DNA of 58,745 nt, the filler included, from Dimargaris cristalligena (lineage: Eukaryota): the NCBI GenBank assembly GCA_003614675.1. It is 7 parts of 7 records of this genome, joined end to end, with 100 filler letters (N's around TTAATTAATTAA, not from the genome) between each part and the next. Parts side by side here need not be neighbours in the genome. Positions count along the whole stretch, not along the records: positions 25,334 to 33,638 come from ML003340.1; positions 33,739 to 42,022 come from ML003341.1; 5 more parts are not named here. One strand, given 5' to 3'. The notes beneath the pieces were generated by a model. That model was not told the DNA's origin. It saw only the letters and a program-made list of their open reading frames with translations, and made no database searches. Positions 25,604 through 37,303 of this stretch are shown here, piece after piece (positions within the stretch are counted from its first letter, which is position 1; each line of letters begins with the position of its first letter). A program made the translations under genes and the position numbers.

Positions 25604-26184
25604 TATCACCTGGGTTAACTACTCTTAGTCCATCAAGAGTCTGGAGGATAGGCTTCTAACAGTAGGTAGGGCTTAGACTTGGCTAAGTGGGCTACTAGTA
25701 TTAGGTATGGGCCATAGTACTAACTAATAAGGCTTTAAAGATGGGATCTGCAAGGGATCTACAGCAGGTGTACTTAATGGTTAGTACAAAAAGGGGTAAG
25801 CATATATAGAGTTTATTAGGATAAACTAGGGGGTAGGAATAAGCTAAGGAAGCTAACTGGTCCTAAGGGGCCTGGTTAAATATATATGGGAACAACTCCA
25901 GAGGGAGGTCCCAAGGGAAAGATACTACTAGACTATGTATTGATAAATAGGCTGACTGGATGGTTACACATATCTGGAAGACTTTGATGGTAACTGGAAG
26001 ACTCACTGGGTTAGCACTCAAGTAATTAGTGTGAAGTGGGGAGACCTGGTTTGAGGAGGGTTATATGATAAGGATGATCCCATAATATGGGGTGTGCTAT
26101 GGGAAGGCTAGATATAGTGCAATATGACCTAATTTAGCTAGGTGTTTATACCCAGAGTATTAGGGTGGATTAAATGGCCTGACA
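25604..26184 (-). mobile_element. Family A LTR, near full length and decayed
   Basis: TATCACC (TGTCACC-derived)...GGCCTGACA. Colinear with 56458-57029. Confidence 0.75.
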
Positions 26185-26712
26185 CTGTTCAGAACAATTG
26201 ATATTCAAGAGTCTAGTCCTATATGGATACAATTCCACACCTGTGGCCTTATATAATCAACAATGTCGAGAGTAATCTCAGCTAATACCCATTCAATATA
26301 AACTAGGGATAAAGGGAAACTAATAAACAGATACTGATGTGAACTTACTAAGGGCAAAATAAGTATATATGTGCTTTTTAGATTAACTAGAAAGAAAGGG
26401 ATAAAAAGCAAGGTTTTTGAATTAAATTCATATTTCCCCTGTATTTGTTGGGATGCATCTCCCCCCCCCCCCCGAGTGTCATTCACTGTATCGGACATTT
26501 GGAGTGATCCTAATGGTCCAAATCATCTCTAATGAATACCAGCTACATACTAAACGAGGCATAATAACCAAAAAAAGCTTAAAGAATCGACCGTAGTAAA
26601 AAGCCATTGATTTTTATTGCAAATATAATGGGATCTAGGGTTAGGAATGCGCTTATTCGATATACCTAATAACGGTTTATTAAAAAAGGGCTACACTCAT
26701 GATGATGGAAAA

Positions 26713-27450
26713 TTACAGTTTCTTTCGGGGCGTCACAGCGATAAACTTAATCATATTGTCGCGATCTTTGGAACACCACTTAGCCGAGTGAATGTATTTA
26801 GTCTCCAAGCGAGTGAATTTCCTATCGCAATCCGGGCAGGAATAGCTTCGATCACCAATGTGAGTTAACATATGGCGGTCGCGATTGGCTGAACGAGTAA
26901 ACGTATCTTGGCACACCGGACAAATTAGGGGATTCGCTTGCTTATACTGCTTAATCGGCTGATAGAAGACCCCATCCTCGTTAACCCACTGGTCAAGGTT
27001 ACTGGGGTCCCATAGGTTGCCTTGGAAATCGTAGAGAGGCACCGGGCCCAACGTGGAACGATGGCCTTTTCCGCTGGCCCGCCAACCCGTAACGGGCCCC
27101 ATCTTTCGTACATAAGGAGGAGGAGGAAGAGGGAGAGGGGTTAACATTGCCTCGGGCTCGGCAGTTAGTGGTTCAGTGGGGCCCTGCTGACCTTGTACTT
27201 TCTCATTATCCGGCCAAAATAGCCCAAGGCTAAGCATTTGGTTGCATTGCAGGGCTTCTTCGGGCGATAGATTACTACAAAGCAACTCGTCCATCAGTCC
27301 TTGGACCTCCGCGTCATCTCGAACATACGAGCTATCGAGATTGATTAAATCGTCGATGTCAGGAGTTTGATTATCCGGTTGCGAAGCACGAACGAGTGCG
27401 AGTGAGCCCAGTAGAAGCAAACAAGTCGTCGTCACCTTGAGATTACGCAT
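26713..27450 (-). CDS. C2H2 zinc-finger protein with predicted N-terminal signal peptide
   Basis: Intronless 245 aa. MRNLKVTTTCLLLLGSLALVRA|SQP. Finger CPVCQDTFTRSANRDRHMLTH, linker IGDRSY, second C2HC-type finger CPDCDRKFTRLETKYIHSAKWC. Ends PRKKL. Confidence 0.85.
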   Translation of the reverse strand: MRNLKVTTTCLLLLGSLALVRASQPDNQTPDIDDLINLDSSYVRDDAEVQGLMDELLCSNLSPEEALQCNQMLSLGLFWPDNEKVQGQQGPTEPLTAEPEAMLTPLPLPPPPYVRKMGPVTGWRASGKGHRSTLGPVPLYDFQGNLWDPSNLDQWVNEDGVFYQPIKQYKQANPLICPVCQDTFTRSANRDRHMLTHIGDRSYSCPDCDRKFTRLETKYIHSAKWCSKDRDNMIKFIAVTPRKKL

Positions 27451-29910
27451 GTCGAATCGAGGATCGGGGTTGACGGGCCGTTAAAATAGAGTTAATAAAA
27501 AAAGTGGTTAAATTAAGCGGGCGCGGATGAAAATAATCAAGATATATTCTGCCGTTTCAGATTGTGGAGGTACGGGTTAAAAAAAGGCTTGATAAATATA
27601 TCTACGGTGTGCCAAAAATAATAGGCAATTAAAAAAACTATGAGGTATGATGAGTGGTGAATAGCGGCGGAAATATTAGCTTATATAGGTTGAACTTGGT
27701 CACCCCCCGCTTAGCAGACTGATGTAGTCTATGGCCATTCCACAGGTACCCTATACTCACTAGCCATTAAAAGACCCCGGCTAACCTTTATTGGCTCCAC
27801 CAGTGCCTTTTCCATTGGCCAATTGCCATCTCACATGAATATAATGTAGGCGAGATTCAATCGTGTAGGGTGGGATTTTGGGAGTAGTAAATGAGAAAAT
27901 TGGTTTTGGCCAAAATTGGACGAGCTAGTCTACGCTACTATGACCAGGCCCTTACCTCGGCGGTTTCCCATAATGGGCATTGCTGTACTATAGCGCCTTT
28001 TCTATAGGCATCATCTTTCTTCACGGACCACCCATAGTATAGGGTATGGAGTGGTTGCGGTGTAAGGAAAGGCGAATAAGTTGGTACTACGGTAGAGCAC
28101 CCGATACCACTTTTCGATTGATGCAAAATCCCTTACAGTTGAACCCCTTTCCTTTCCTCCCTTTTTTTATTTTACGCAAAACCCGAGCCCTGATGCTTCC
28201 ACTACCCGGCGGTGACACATAAAAGGTGATACCATTAAAATCCACGTACTACAACCCTACCCGTATTTCTCCTAGCATGTCCCCTTTGGGGTGGATGGTC
28301 ACTGGGCCCATGGTTACATGACTCTATCCCTTTCCGGGTTTCTTGGTAATGGCTTCAGCTTGTGGACGTGTGTTTGACCACAGCAGCACAGCCAGTCGGA
28401 ACAATGGATGAGACCGTAACTCCATCTAATGAACCGTAGAAATGCACTGTCCTCGTCTGCTTCATTTATTATTATTATTATTATCATTTTCTCCAACGTG
28501 GCACCCGAGGGAATATTGAGTGGCCGTGCACTGAGTCGCATTCTCGGAAGCCTCAATCGACAGCCCGTTAGCCCTATTGGCCATCCCGAAGTCGTTGCCT
28601 AAAGCACCAAAAAAAAAGAGGGGGGAGAGGGAGGGTACGCTGCGGTAAAGATATTAGGTGGTCTGCAGAGTATGTTTTATATATTTTATTTTCCCGAAAT
28701 GGAGAAATACGCTGACGAAAAAGGATCTACACCTCTAAGTGTCGATAAAGGTTGGTTAGCAATGCCGGCAGGGGAGGTGGCGTGCTGGTTCATGGACGCA
28801 GGCATATAATGTATGTATCGAGTAGTAAAAAGTACTCCGAGTCGGGTCGATGGTGAACTTGATAGAGACCCCTTACGAGATATCCGTTCATTCATAGGAG
28901 AATCTCGACAACCGAATTCGGTCACCAAGGCTTAAATAACGGGTAAGATAATACTGGAGACTGTTATAGACTAATCTAGGGTACTTGTGTGCGCACACTT
29001 GTAGTACTTTATGGGGTGGATTGATTGAGTGCCCCAAATGTTAAATCGAGCCAACGACGGGAATAATACACACAAGCCGAAAGTAGGCCTTTCCTGGGGT
29101 GGCTTTACGGTGGCATTAGTAACCCTATTCAACAACTGCACCAATACTGTTCCCCACACTAAACTCTCCACTCCAAATTTAAAATTCGCTTTACAATTTC
29201 CAGGTGAAGCCGTATTACCGGTTGTATTCTACTGCGTACCGGCTGCCTTTTCGGATGCCGTTGACGAGGCGCCACTTATCCCAAACCCGCCATGTATAAT
29301 ACTCATCATGCAACCATATTCTGATATATTAGTATAATGAGTCAAGAGGTTGCCCAGTAGGAAGGTATATTTTGTGTTTCATAAATGATATATATAATTA
29401 GATCAGTTTAAGTAGCGTGCCAATCCAGGAAGTCACAGACTGTAAAAAAATGGTAGTGGGTGCTTAGTTTATTCGGTGGTAGGCTTTTTCTATATATTGA
29501 ACAAGTTGAATAGGGGATCGAGGTCATATGTATGATTTTATAACATCCCTTAAAACGGGAAATACCAAACTACACACATTATTGCCAGGAAATTCACTCA
29601 CACTATAGATTGCTACCAACCTGGCCCAAAAATATGCTGAGCAACTTATAACCATGGTACCTAGGCGCGTACATCAAAATAAGAATGGCAAATCATCGAT
29701 GTGTTTACTTAAATATATGATACTAGACAATGCTATTTTAAATCTAATCTAAATGCTACAGGGATTGCAAATGTGATGTATAGATAGGCAGAGGGACCAC
29801 ATACGAAAAATAAATATAATAAAATAAAACACCGTGGTATTATCAAACTACATGGGGAGTACGCAACAAAGGTTTCAACTAGTATATTAGCGGACAAATT
29901 CTTTGAATAT

Positions 29911-32900
29911 CTAGGATTTAGCCACGTCGGGGTCCAGTCTGTTGGTCAGTCGGGGTCCCGAGCCACGATCCCTTTTTTCCGTGTCGTCGAGCATGGTCTG
30001 GAAATAACCCAGCGCCTTGTTCAGCTCAATATGATCGGTCAAATCACGGCGAGCCGCCGCGGCCAGGGCGTGGTTAGAGTCGACCTGATGGTCAATCACA
30101 TTCGAGTAATAAGCCCCAGGACTAAAGCCCAGGCGCAGCGAATATTCGGGCTCTAATCCCTGATGGTCACGCTTCCGTTCGTACACTTCAAACGTGATTT
30201 GGGTCAAGAAATCCAATTCACCCGCTTGGTAAACCGAAAAATTCGTCGGTAAGCCACTGAGGAAAACACAGTTGAGGAGGGTATGGATGTGGGATTCTTT
30301 GGTGAAATACAGGCGACAGCCGGGGTAGTCTTGCTGGGTCATTTGGCGGAGATCTGAGATGATCTGTTTAAGCAAAGGTACGGACGTGAGGACGCCGATT
30401 TCCAACTTCTCGGACTCATCAATGCCGTATTCGCGAGGGGTCACAAAGTCAAACAGTAGTTTGGCCTTGTGGTACAGTTCGCGGATTGATTCAGGGGTAT
30501 GGCCACCGGTACTATTCCCACCCGCCCGGGCCAACGAAGTCCGGTTGTAGGGGAAGGGAGAGATTCGGCCACGCGAGGACAAGGAACCCCGACGAGACAA
30601 CGACGATGACGGGTACGAGGCGGCCGTGGGAGTGGGTGGCGATTTGTCCAAGGGTGAGACCCCGGCGGTGTCACCACCCCCTCCTCCCCCGCGGCTTTGG
30701 GAGCTGGGGGGACCTCCTCCACTGGTCAATACAGGAGCGACAGTATTGGAAGTAGAATCCTCGACGGAACTACCCCCAGAGGTGCCTGGCGTCATTCGAT
30801 AGGCCGTGGGGCGGGCTGGGTTGAGCGGGATTGGTCTCGGCAATTGGGGGGCTGAACCCCCACCACCAACGGATCCTTCCGAAGAAGGCGGAGTCGTAAA
30901 GAGGCTAGTAGCGGGTAAGGAGGTCGTTCTGCCCGACGGGGATTGGAAGCTATCATTGGAGGGCGGCTGGGTTGCCTGGCTGAGCGACAGGCTATTAAAC
31001 ACATCGCTGATGCGGCGGCTAGAGGGGTGATGGGTGTTCGCGGGTGTCAGACCCAGCGACTCGCCCAAATTGGCCGAATTTCCCCCACTGGGGTTGCGCT
31101 GGTGCGACGAACTGGAGCTGTTGCCCGACCCATCGGGACTCACAAAAATCCGATCCATGAGCTTTCGATTATGCAGAGCGTCGTATTTGAGTGAGTCGTA
31201 CAACTCGCCCACCTTCCCCGGGTCGAACTTATTCTTCTCCACCTTGCCGAAATCCTGCAACAATTTCTCCCAGCGCTCGCGGAACAGGGCCACATTCTCA
31301 TTGCAGCACCAGTAATAGTTCTTGAGGATGGCATTCTGGACCTGAGGGGATTCGAGGTTTTTGCGCATGTTGCGAGTCACTCGGGTAAGGAGATCGTACA
31401 CGCCGCGAACGAAGGTCTGAGGGTCCTCCATTTCGTCGGGCAGGTCAAAGCCCTTGCTTACCTCCAGGTTCGCCTCGTGGGCCTTGAAAAATGCCTTGAG
31501 CCGGGACTTGACGTGGTCCATTTCTTCCTTGGCCGCGTTACTGTCGTCCAACATATCTTTGCGGATAATGAGGAAGTCCGATGGCAGATGGGTACAATTG
31601 AGTAGGCGTTCGCAGAAGACCTTGGCGGTCGCAATGACACGCTGCTCCGAGCTCGAGTACACAACCACATCGTCCAGGATACGCTTGTTAAGTATGATCA
31701 GGTCCTTGCGCATATTATCGGCCAATTCGCGGGTGTGGTGGATACCGGCGTGGGTGCAACCGCCACCCCATTTCAAAATGACCTGGAGTTTGACCAGAGC
31801 CCCCGTGACCTTGCTGTAAGACGGCTTAAGCTGCACTTTGGTCCCTTCCATCCCCATTTTGCGGCTCAGAATGGATTGGAGTTGCTCGAGCTTATCCTCG
31901 TCTTCCAAGTTCGCCTCCTGGGCCGTCTCCGCCGCCTTGAGAACCTGGGCAAGGTCGGTTTCCTTGCGTAGAATGACCTCCTGGTGAGTCCCTTTGAGGA
32001 GAGCGACGAAGGGTTCGCTGGTAAAACCGTACTTGATTTTCTGCTTGGGGGTCCGGTCGGCATGGCGGAAAACGGACAGAAACCCCTTCAGGGTCCACTG
32101 GTCGTCGTAGGACGGTTTCTTCCACAGATACATGGAGAACCACCGACGTTCGGCCGCTTGCAGGAAAATATCGTGTAGGTACTGTGAACATACTTCGTAG
32201 TACTCGCTACAGCCCTTGACAAATGACCAGCCGTTGACATCAATCACGTAGGAGGTCCCATCGACCCGCAGGAAGTCGATGCCGCAAACGGCCTGGCCGA
32301 AACTCATGGACACTTTCCGCGCGAATCGTTTTTCCTCGGGGGTCAATTCGGTTTCGTATCGCACTTCTTTACCATCAGCATTGCGTTTGACAATTCCATC
32401 CACAACCGGGGATCTGGTTAGGAAATAAGGGGAAATAATAGGATGTGATTGGAGGTTATTGATACATCAGTGAAGTGTAATGATTAGTGGCACGATAGAG
32501 GTGGAGGCTTTCAGCGAAATGGATATTTGGGCCAATATGATTGCTTAACGGGGAGTGACTTACTTGCGGGTTTCAGCGTGGAGGTCCTTTTCCGATAGTG
32601 TAGACCTTTACATCTTCGGCGTTGTCAACATCCATGAAGTCCTAATTGGGCACTCAAATGAAGTTTAGTTGAGTGTGGGTTAGACGGATGATTCAATGTA
32701 TTCATCTGTGCTTTTTGGTGGTAGGTCAGATAAGTAATTCCAAAATGTTTTAATCCTGAACCTTTTATCACCCAACGGTGACCATAATAATGTGTATACT
32801 GTACTTACTTCGTAGATAAAGGAACCTTCTTTCCGAATTTCCCAGAGGTCGGGGAAGTACTCACTGGACTTGTTTCCCACCTGGAAACGGACATTCAAAG

Positions 32901-33595
32901 GGCGAGACAAAACATTAGACCGGCTGATGAGTACAGATAGCTGGTAAACTCAGGGTTGCGGAATTGGCTGATTTACAAATAATCAAACAAGGGAAAGGTC
33001 GATGGTCGAAACCACGATGATCAGTGGACCAGTCACTAAGAGTCACGAAAAAAAGAAATGCCGGATGCAATAGGGGGACAATCCTCCTGTCGCTATCGCA
33101 TTCTATCTGTTTGCCCTTACAAATAGGTGAAATTGACTATACTTACCTTGCGGAAGAGTTTACGCACCCCGCCACCCTGTTCGGTGGAAAAATAAATGTA
33201 AATATTGTGATCTTCCCCCGATACCGGCTTTTCGACAAATGGTTTACGGATGATTTCGCCATTGATGGAAATGGTGTCCTCGTCAATATGGTGAACCACG
33301 GGGGGCTTTTCGGTACGCTTCAGCCTCACCCCCATGCGGTTCTTGAGAATGGCGGCTACATCGTCGGAGACAAAGGGGCCCCCGTCCCGACTGACAGTCC
33401 AGCGGGGTGGAGTATGGACACCGATGCGACCAAGTACCTCCATGACCAGACGGCGATCCCAAAGTAGTTCCTGAAGCGGAAGGTTGTTCACGCTAAACAC
33501 TCCACGTAATTTCTGGTAGGCGATGGCCTTTCGAAGGGGGAATCCCTTGGAAAAGAAGGAGATCATGTAGTCACAATAGGGCCATTGCTCGATGT
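29911..33595 (-). CDS. VIP1: PPIP5K Vip1/Asp1 inositol pyrophosphate kinase/phosphatase, 5'-partial (exons 33595..33147, 32880..32809, 32641..32564, 32413..29911) with a frameshift in the third visible exon
   Basis: WPYCDYMISFFSKGFPL, PFVEKPVSGEDHNIYIY, GGGVRKLFRK|VGNKSSE, HAETRK|SPVVDG, YVIDVNGWSFVK, phosphatase RHADRTPKQK, LYDSLKYDALHN, RLYFTKESHIHTL. Confidence 0.95.
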
Positions 33596-33638
33596 CTGTG
33601 GCACACCCGGGGGGGGGGGGGGGGGGTTATAGAGGTCA

Positions 33639-33738
33639 NNNNNNNNNNNNNNNNNNNNNNNNNNNNNNNNNNNNNNNNNNNNTTAATTAATTAANNNNNN
33701 NNNNNNNNNNNNNNNNNNNNNNNNNNNNNNNNNNNNNN
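33639..33738. other. Artificial contig-joining spacer
   Basis: Same linker. Confidence 0.99.
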
Positions 33739-34605
33739 ACCAATATCAACCGGGGGCCGGTGGCGGGCCTGATGCCGGTTGAAGGCGTATCGAGTATCGA
33801 AAATATCGATATTACAGACGTCATGGACGGCCATATGGCCTACCGCAGTTATATGCCCCGCTTGCTGAAAATCGTCGGATTCGAAGTCACGAGTGATGAG
33901 TTTCTGGATCCGGACGCGGAGGTGGTGGAAGAGAAGACCACCGAACCGTTGGAGGAAGACAATGGGGAAACTCAGAAGAATAAGGGAAAGGACAAGGGTA
34001 AGGAGGACGCTGGCGATACGGAAGAGGGCCGGGGGGGTCCCCACGGTTTAGATGAGGTGCGAGCGAGACCGAAGACCGCCCTGGGTGCTTCGTCGTCGTC
34101 ATCGCTCTACAACTCCGAACTTGACCCGTTCGCCGATCCGCCCAACGGGAAATTCGGCCTGGCTACGGCACCGTCCTCCCCTACGACCTCCGCCGCTGCC
34201 GCTGCCGCCGCCAGCGCCTCCGGTTGGTCGGACGCATCCTATCCTATGCGTAGCAGCATGTCGTCACCCGTGCCAAACCAACCCGTACGCCCCGCGCGTG
34301 CTTCATCGTCCGCCGCCACAGCCAGCCGATCCCTCTTTGGCTCTATGCTGCCGTTCGGATTATCTAAACAACCCTCCGGTCACGGTCACATTGGTGGCAA
34401 AGGCGGTTCTAATCGACTATCCTTTACGGGTGCGACCTTACCTGCGGCGGCTGCGGCCTCGGCCAGTCCAATGGGTAATGGGCGGTCACCGAACCCGCTC
34501 GACGATATGGAATTGATTCGCCGGGAATTGGAAATGGCCGGTTGTGTGGTGAAGGAAATTGAGACTACATTACCCAAAATGGTCATTGATTCTAAACGGC
34601 CGTAA
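33739..34605 (+). CDS. 3' part of a DUF726/TMCO4 (Mil1-like) alpha/beta-hydrolase-fold protein, 5'-truncated
   Basis: VAGLMPVEGVSSIENIDITDVMDGHMAYRSYMPRLLKIVGF matches the DUF726 C-terminus, followed by a disordered tail ending VKEIETTLPKMV. Confidence 0.8.
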   Translation, partial: TNINRGPVAGLMPVEGVSSIENIDITDVMDGHMAYRSYMPRLLKIVGFEVTSDEFLDPDAEVVEEKTTEPLEEDNGETQKNKGKDKGKEDAGDTEEGRGGPHGLDEVRARPKTALGASSSSSLYNSELDPFADPPNGKFGLATAPSSPTTSAAAAAAASASGWSDASYPMRSSMSSPVPNQPVRPARASSSAATASRSLFGSMLPFGLSKQPSGHGHIGGKGGSNRLSFTGATLPAAAAASASPMGNGRSPNPLDDMELIRRELEMAGCVVKEIETTLPKMVIDSKRP

Positions 34606-35407
34606 AACCAATACCCGATTTTCTTTGTCTCATTTCATAATTACTAGATGATGCCTTTTATTTACGAAGTGTCGTTTATGTGTTCACTTTCCCCGTTGGC
34701 TTTGTTCCAATTAGCTTTTAAACCCCGAGCCAGACGTTGGATATTTCTATTTATTTGTTATTCTTCTCTCTCCCTCTCTATCTATATATATATAGACAGC
34801 CCATGTTCATTTACTTATATTTTCTTGTGGTGTACGTTTTATATCATTCACCGCCGCATGCATCTTTCTCCATTACCCTCAACGGTTTATGCTGAGTTTA
34901 TAGTATATTCGTTTTTCTATTATCATTCCTGTATTTCTAGCAAGTATTCGGCATTCACGGCTATTGCACAATGTTTCAAAGGCCAGATTGGTTGATGATC
35001 AAATTTTAATAAAACCTATCGAATACTCCGAGTTTTTTTTTGCAATAGCCTATTGTTAAGTTGTAGTTGACCATGTACTGTCCCATAGTCCAATGTATGA
35101 GTTATCTACCCAGAAGTGGTACAGTATGCAAAAATTAATTCTCATCTGCTTTGGACATTTTGTAATTTCGTTTTTGTTTTTGATAACCACTATACATTCA
35201 GTATAAAAATAACAGTAAATAGTATATTACCAATTGTACTCTTATAACCCGCAAGGCAAAAAAAATGGATTTTGTTTTAAAAAGGGGGGATATATTGCTG
35301 AAAATCAACCCAGGTAAAAAATTAAATAGACCAAATGTCAACCTCGTTGATAGTCACTAAAGGAAAAAGAGCAAACAAATAAACAAAAATAAACATTGTA
35401 CAAGCCG

Positions 35408-36782
35408 CTAGTCTTCGGTTTCCATGTTAGTGTCTGGTGTGTCGAATGATTCGGTTTGGAACGTAGTGGCCGCTGAGTCCAATCGCGGGGTGGGCTGAGA
35501 AGTTTCGTGTACCATATGAGCAATGGATGGCATCTGGGTCTCTTGCTGGGGCTCGTCTGGCTCGTGGGTCGTAGTCGCCGATTCCACAGCAGTAGCAGTC
35601 GTCGCAGCGGACGTTTGAGCGGCAGACAGTTCCGTAGGGGTGGTGGGTTCCTCGATGGCCTGCGAATTTTCCACGGGTTGATCGGCGTCAGGTGACTGGG
35701 GCTGGCGGTGAGAAGGAGGAGAAGTGGCCCCCACCGCTGCTGCTAATTCACTGGGGAGTGGTTCCGAGGATCGGGAGTAGCCAGTTATGGGTGGAGATGT
35801 GGGAGGCAGTTCCGTTGCGACGGCAGCAGGAGAGCCCGTCGCTCCGGATGATGAAGCGGATGGGGAGGAGGCCGTTCCAACTACGTCAATTTCGGAAGTT
35901 CCAATGATGGAAGCTACTGTAGCAGCGGCATCGTCAATGGCTTCGGGTTCGGTTATAGCAGCCTCTACGGAGGCCATGGAGGGTTCCGGTACGGTTTGGG
36001 GTGATTGGGGTTCAGCAGGTGTTGAATCCACATCAATGGGGGCACTGTCCTCGGCATCAAGTTCGGCCGAAGTAGAAGGTGCTATGGCATCCTTGGTGGT
36101 TGGTACCGGTGGGATCACGATATCGCCAATCTTCAGAGGTTCCTTTTCCAAGGGATCAATCTCGGGGGAATTATCGACGGTCATTTCGTCGTCACTGTCG
36201 CTCAAGACATTATCCTCGTATATGATTTCGCGATCGGCTATCCGGGACGACAAGGGCGGTGATGTGAGTAGGGTAGGGTGGTGGAGTGCCGGGTTCAATA
36301 CAATTATTTAGACACTGTACGTTCGTAGCTAAGAAAAAAGCATTCGAGGTACCTTTGACAATTTCAACGGAGTCTATGAGATAGCAGCTCATGTAACTTA
36401 CATCGAACCCATTTTCCGATTTGGTAAGGCACGCGAGGAGTCCGGGTCTGGTCGGATACGGTGGCAGTGACCAGCTGGCGGTCCCTGAAAGGTGAAGTAG
36501 TGTAGAATGAGGCAAAGGCCAAATGAGACATATGAATGGATGGTGTTGCAGAGGAGGAGGAGGGGTGATTGGTTCAATTTAACGCAAGTGGGGAGTTAAT
36601 ACAGCACCATGGCGCGAATACCATGACCGGTTTAGGGCGTGGGGTATTTGGCTAAATGGGCGACAAGGGCAAGCAGCTTACCAGGCCTGCACGGGAAGCG
36701 GGATGGCATTCTTAAGTTTCTCTAGTTCAGTTGGAACATGGCGGGCATGCCGGGCTTCGGTGTTACGCGTAGGACGAGACAT
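35408..36782 (-). CDS. BCL7-like protein (BCL_N-type N-terminus plus acidic/Pro/Thr disordered tail), 3 exons (36782..36682, 36484..36402, 36237..35408)
   Basis: Spliced N-terminus MSRPTRNTEARHARHVPTELEKLKNAIPLPVQAW|DRQLVTATVSDQTRTPRVPYQIGKWVR|SDREIIY. GTAAGC..CAG and GTAAGT..TAG introns keep frame. The gene model is solid; the family call is by eye. Confidence 0.65.
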
Positions 36783-37303
36783 GGTCGCTATGGAAATACG
36801 GTAGCAGGATAAGTATTCGTGTAAATATATATAAAAAGCCCCAAGTAAAAACTAGCCAAGAGGGTCAAAATAGGAATGTCTGCAGCGGCAAAATAGTAGG
36901 AATGGGTCGCGTTTAACGGTTGGGAAGTCGATTTAAAAAGGGGGACACGCGATATGGCGGTTGTGGTGTATGGGTTTAATGAAAGGAAGATAAAGTTACC
37001 TACTAGGCAATCCATAGGCAAAGGAGCCCCACCAAACCAGCATAGGGCTTTTGGGGGAGGTCTCTCCCACCCAAGCTTACCAAAGCATCTCGCTCCTTTA
37101 CTCCTGAGTCACCACCATACAATTGAGCAGTCCACACCACACCAATCTAACCACCCAATTTTTTTAGACGGGCGTTTTCGTCTCATTCGGTCAAGGGATT
37201 CCACACATCTCTTGTACTTGTGTAAATATAATAAACCTTCTCCCTCCTGCGATCCGCCCACTCTGCTTTTCTTTCAAGATATATTAAATTATTGTGTCGT
37301 ATT

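Noticed and set aside
32924..32950. CTGATGAG in a VIP1 intron as a possible hammerhead or snoRNA box
   Set aside because: No GAAA core, antisense to the host gene, and no matching box pair.
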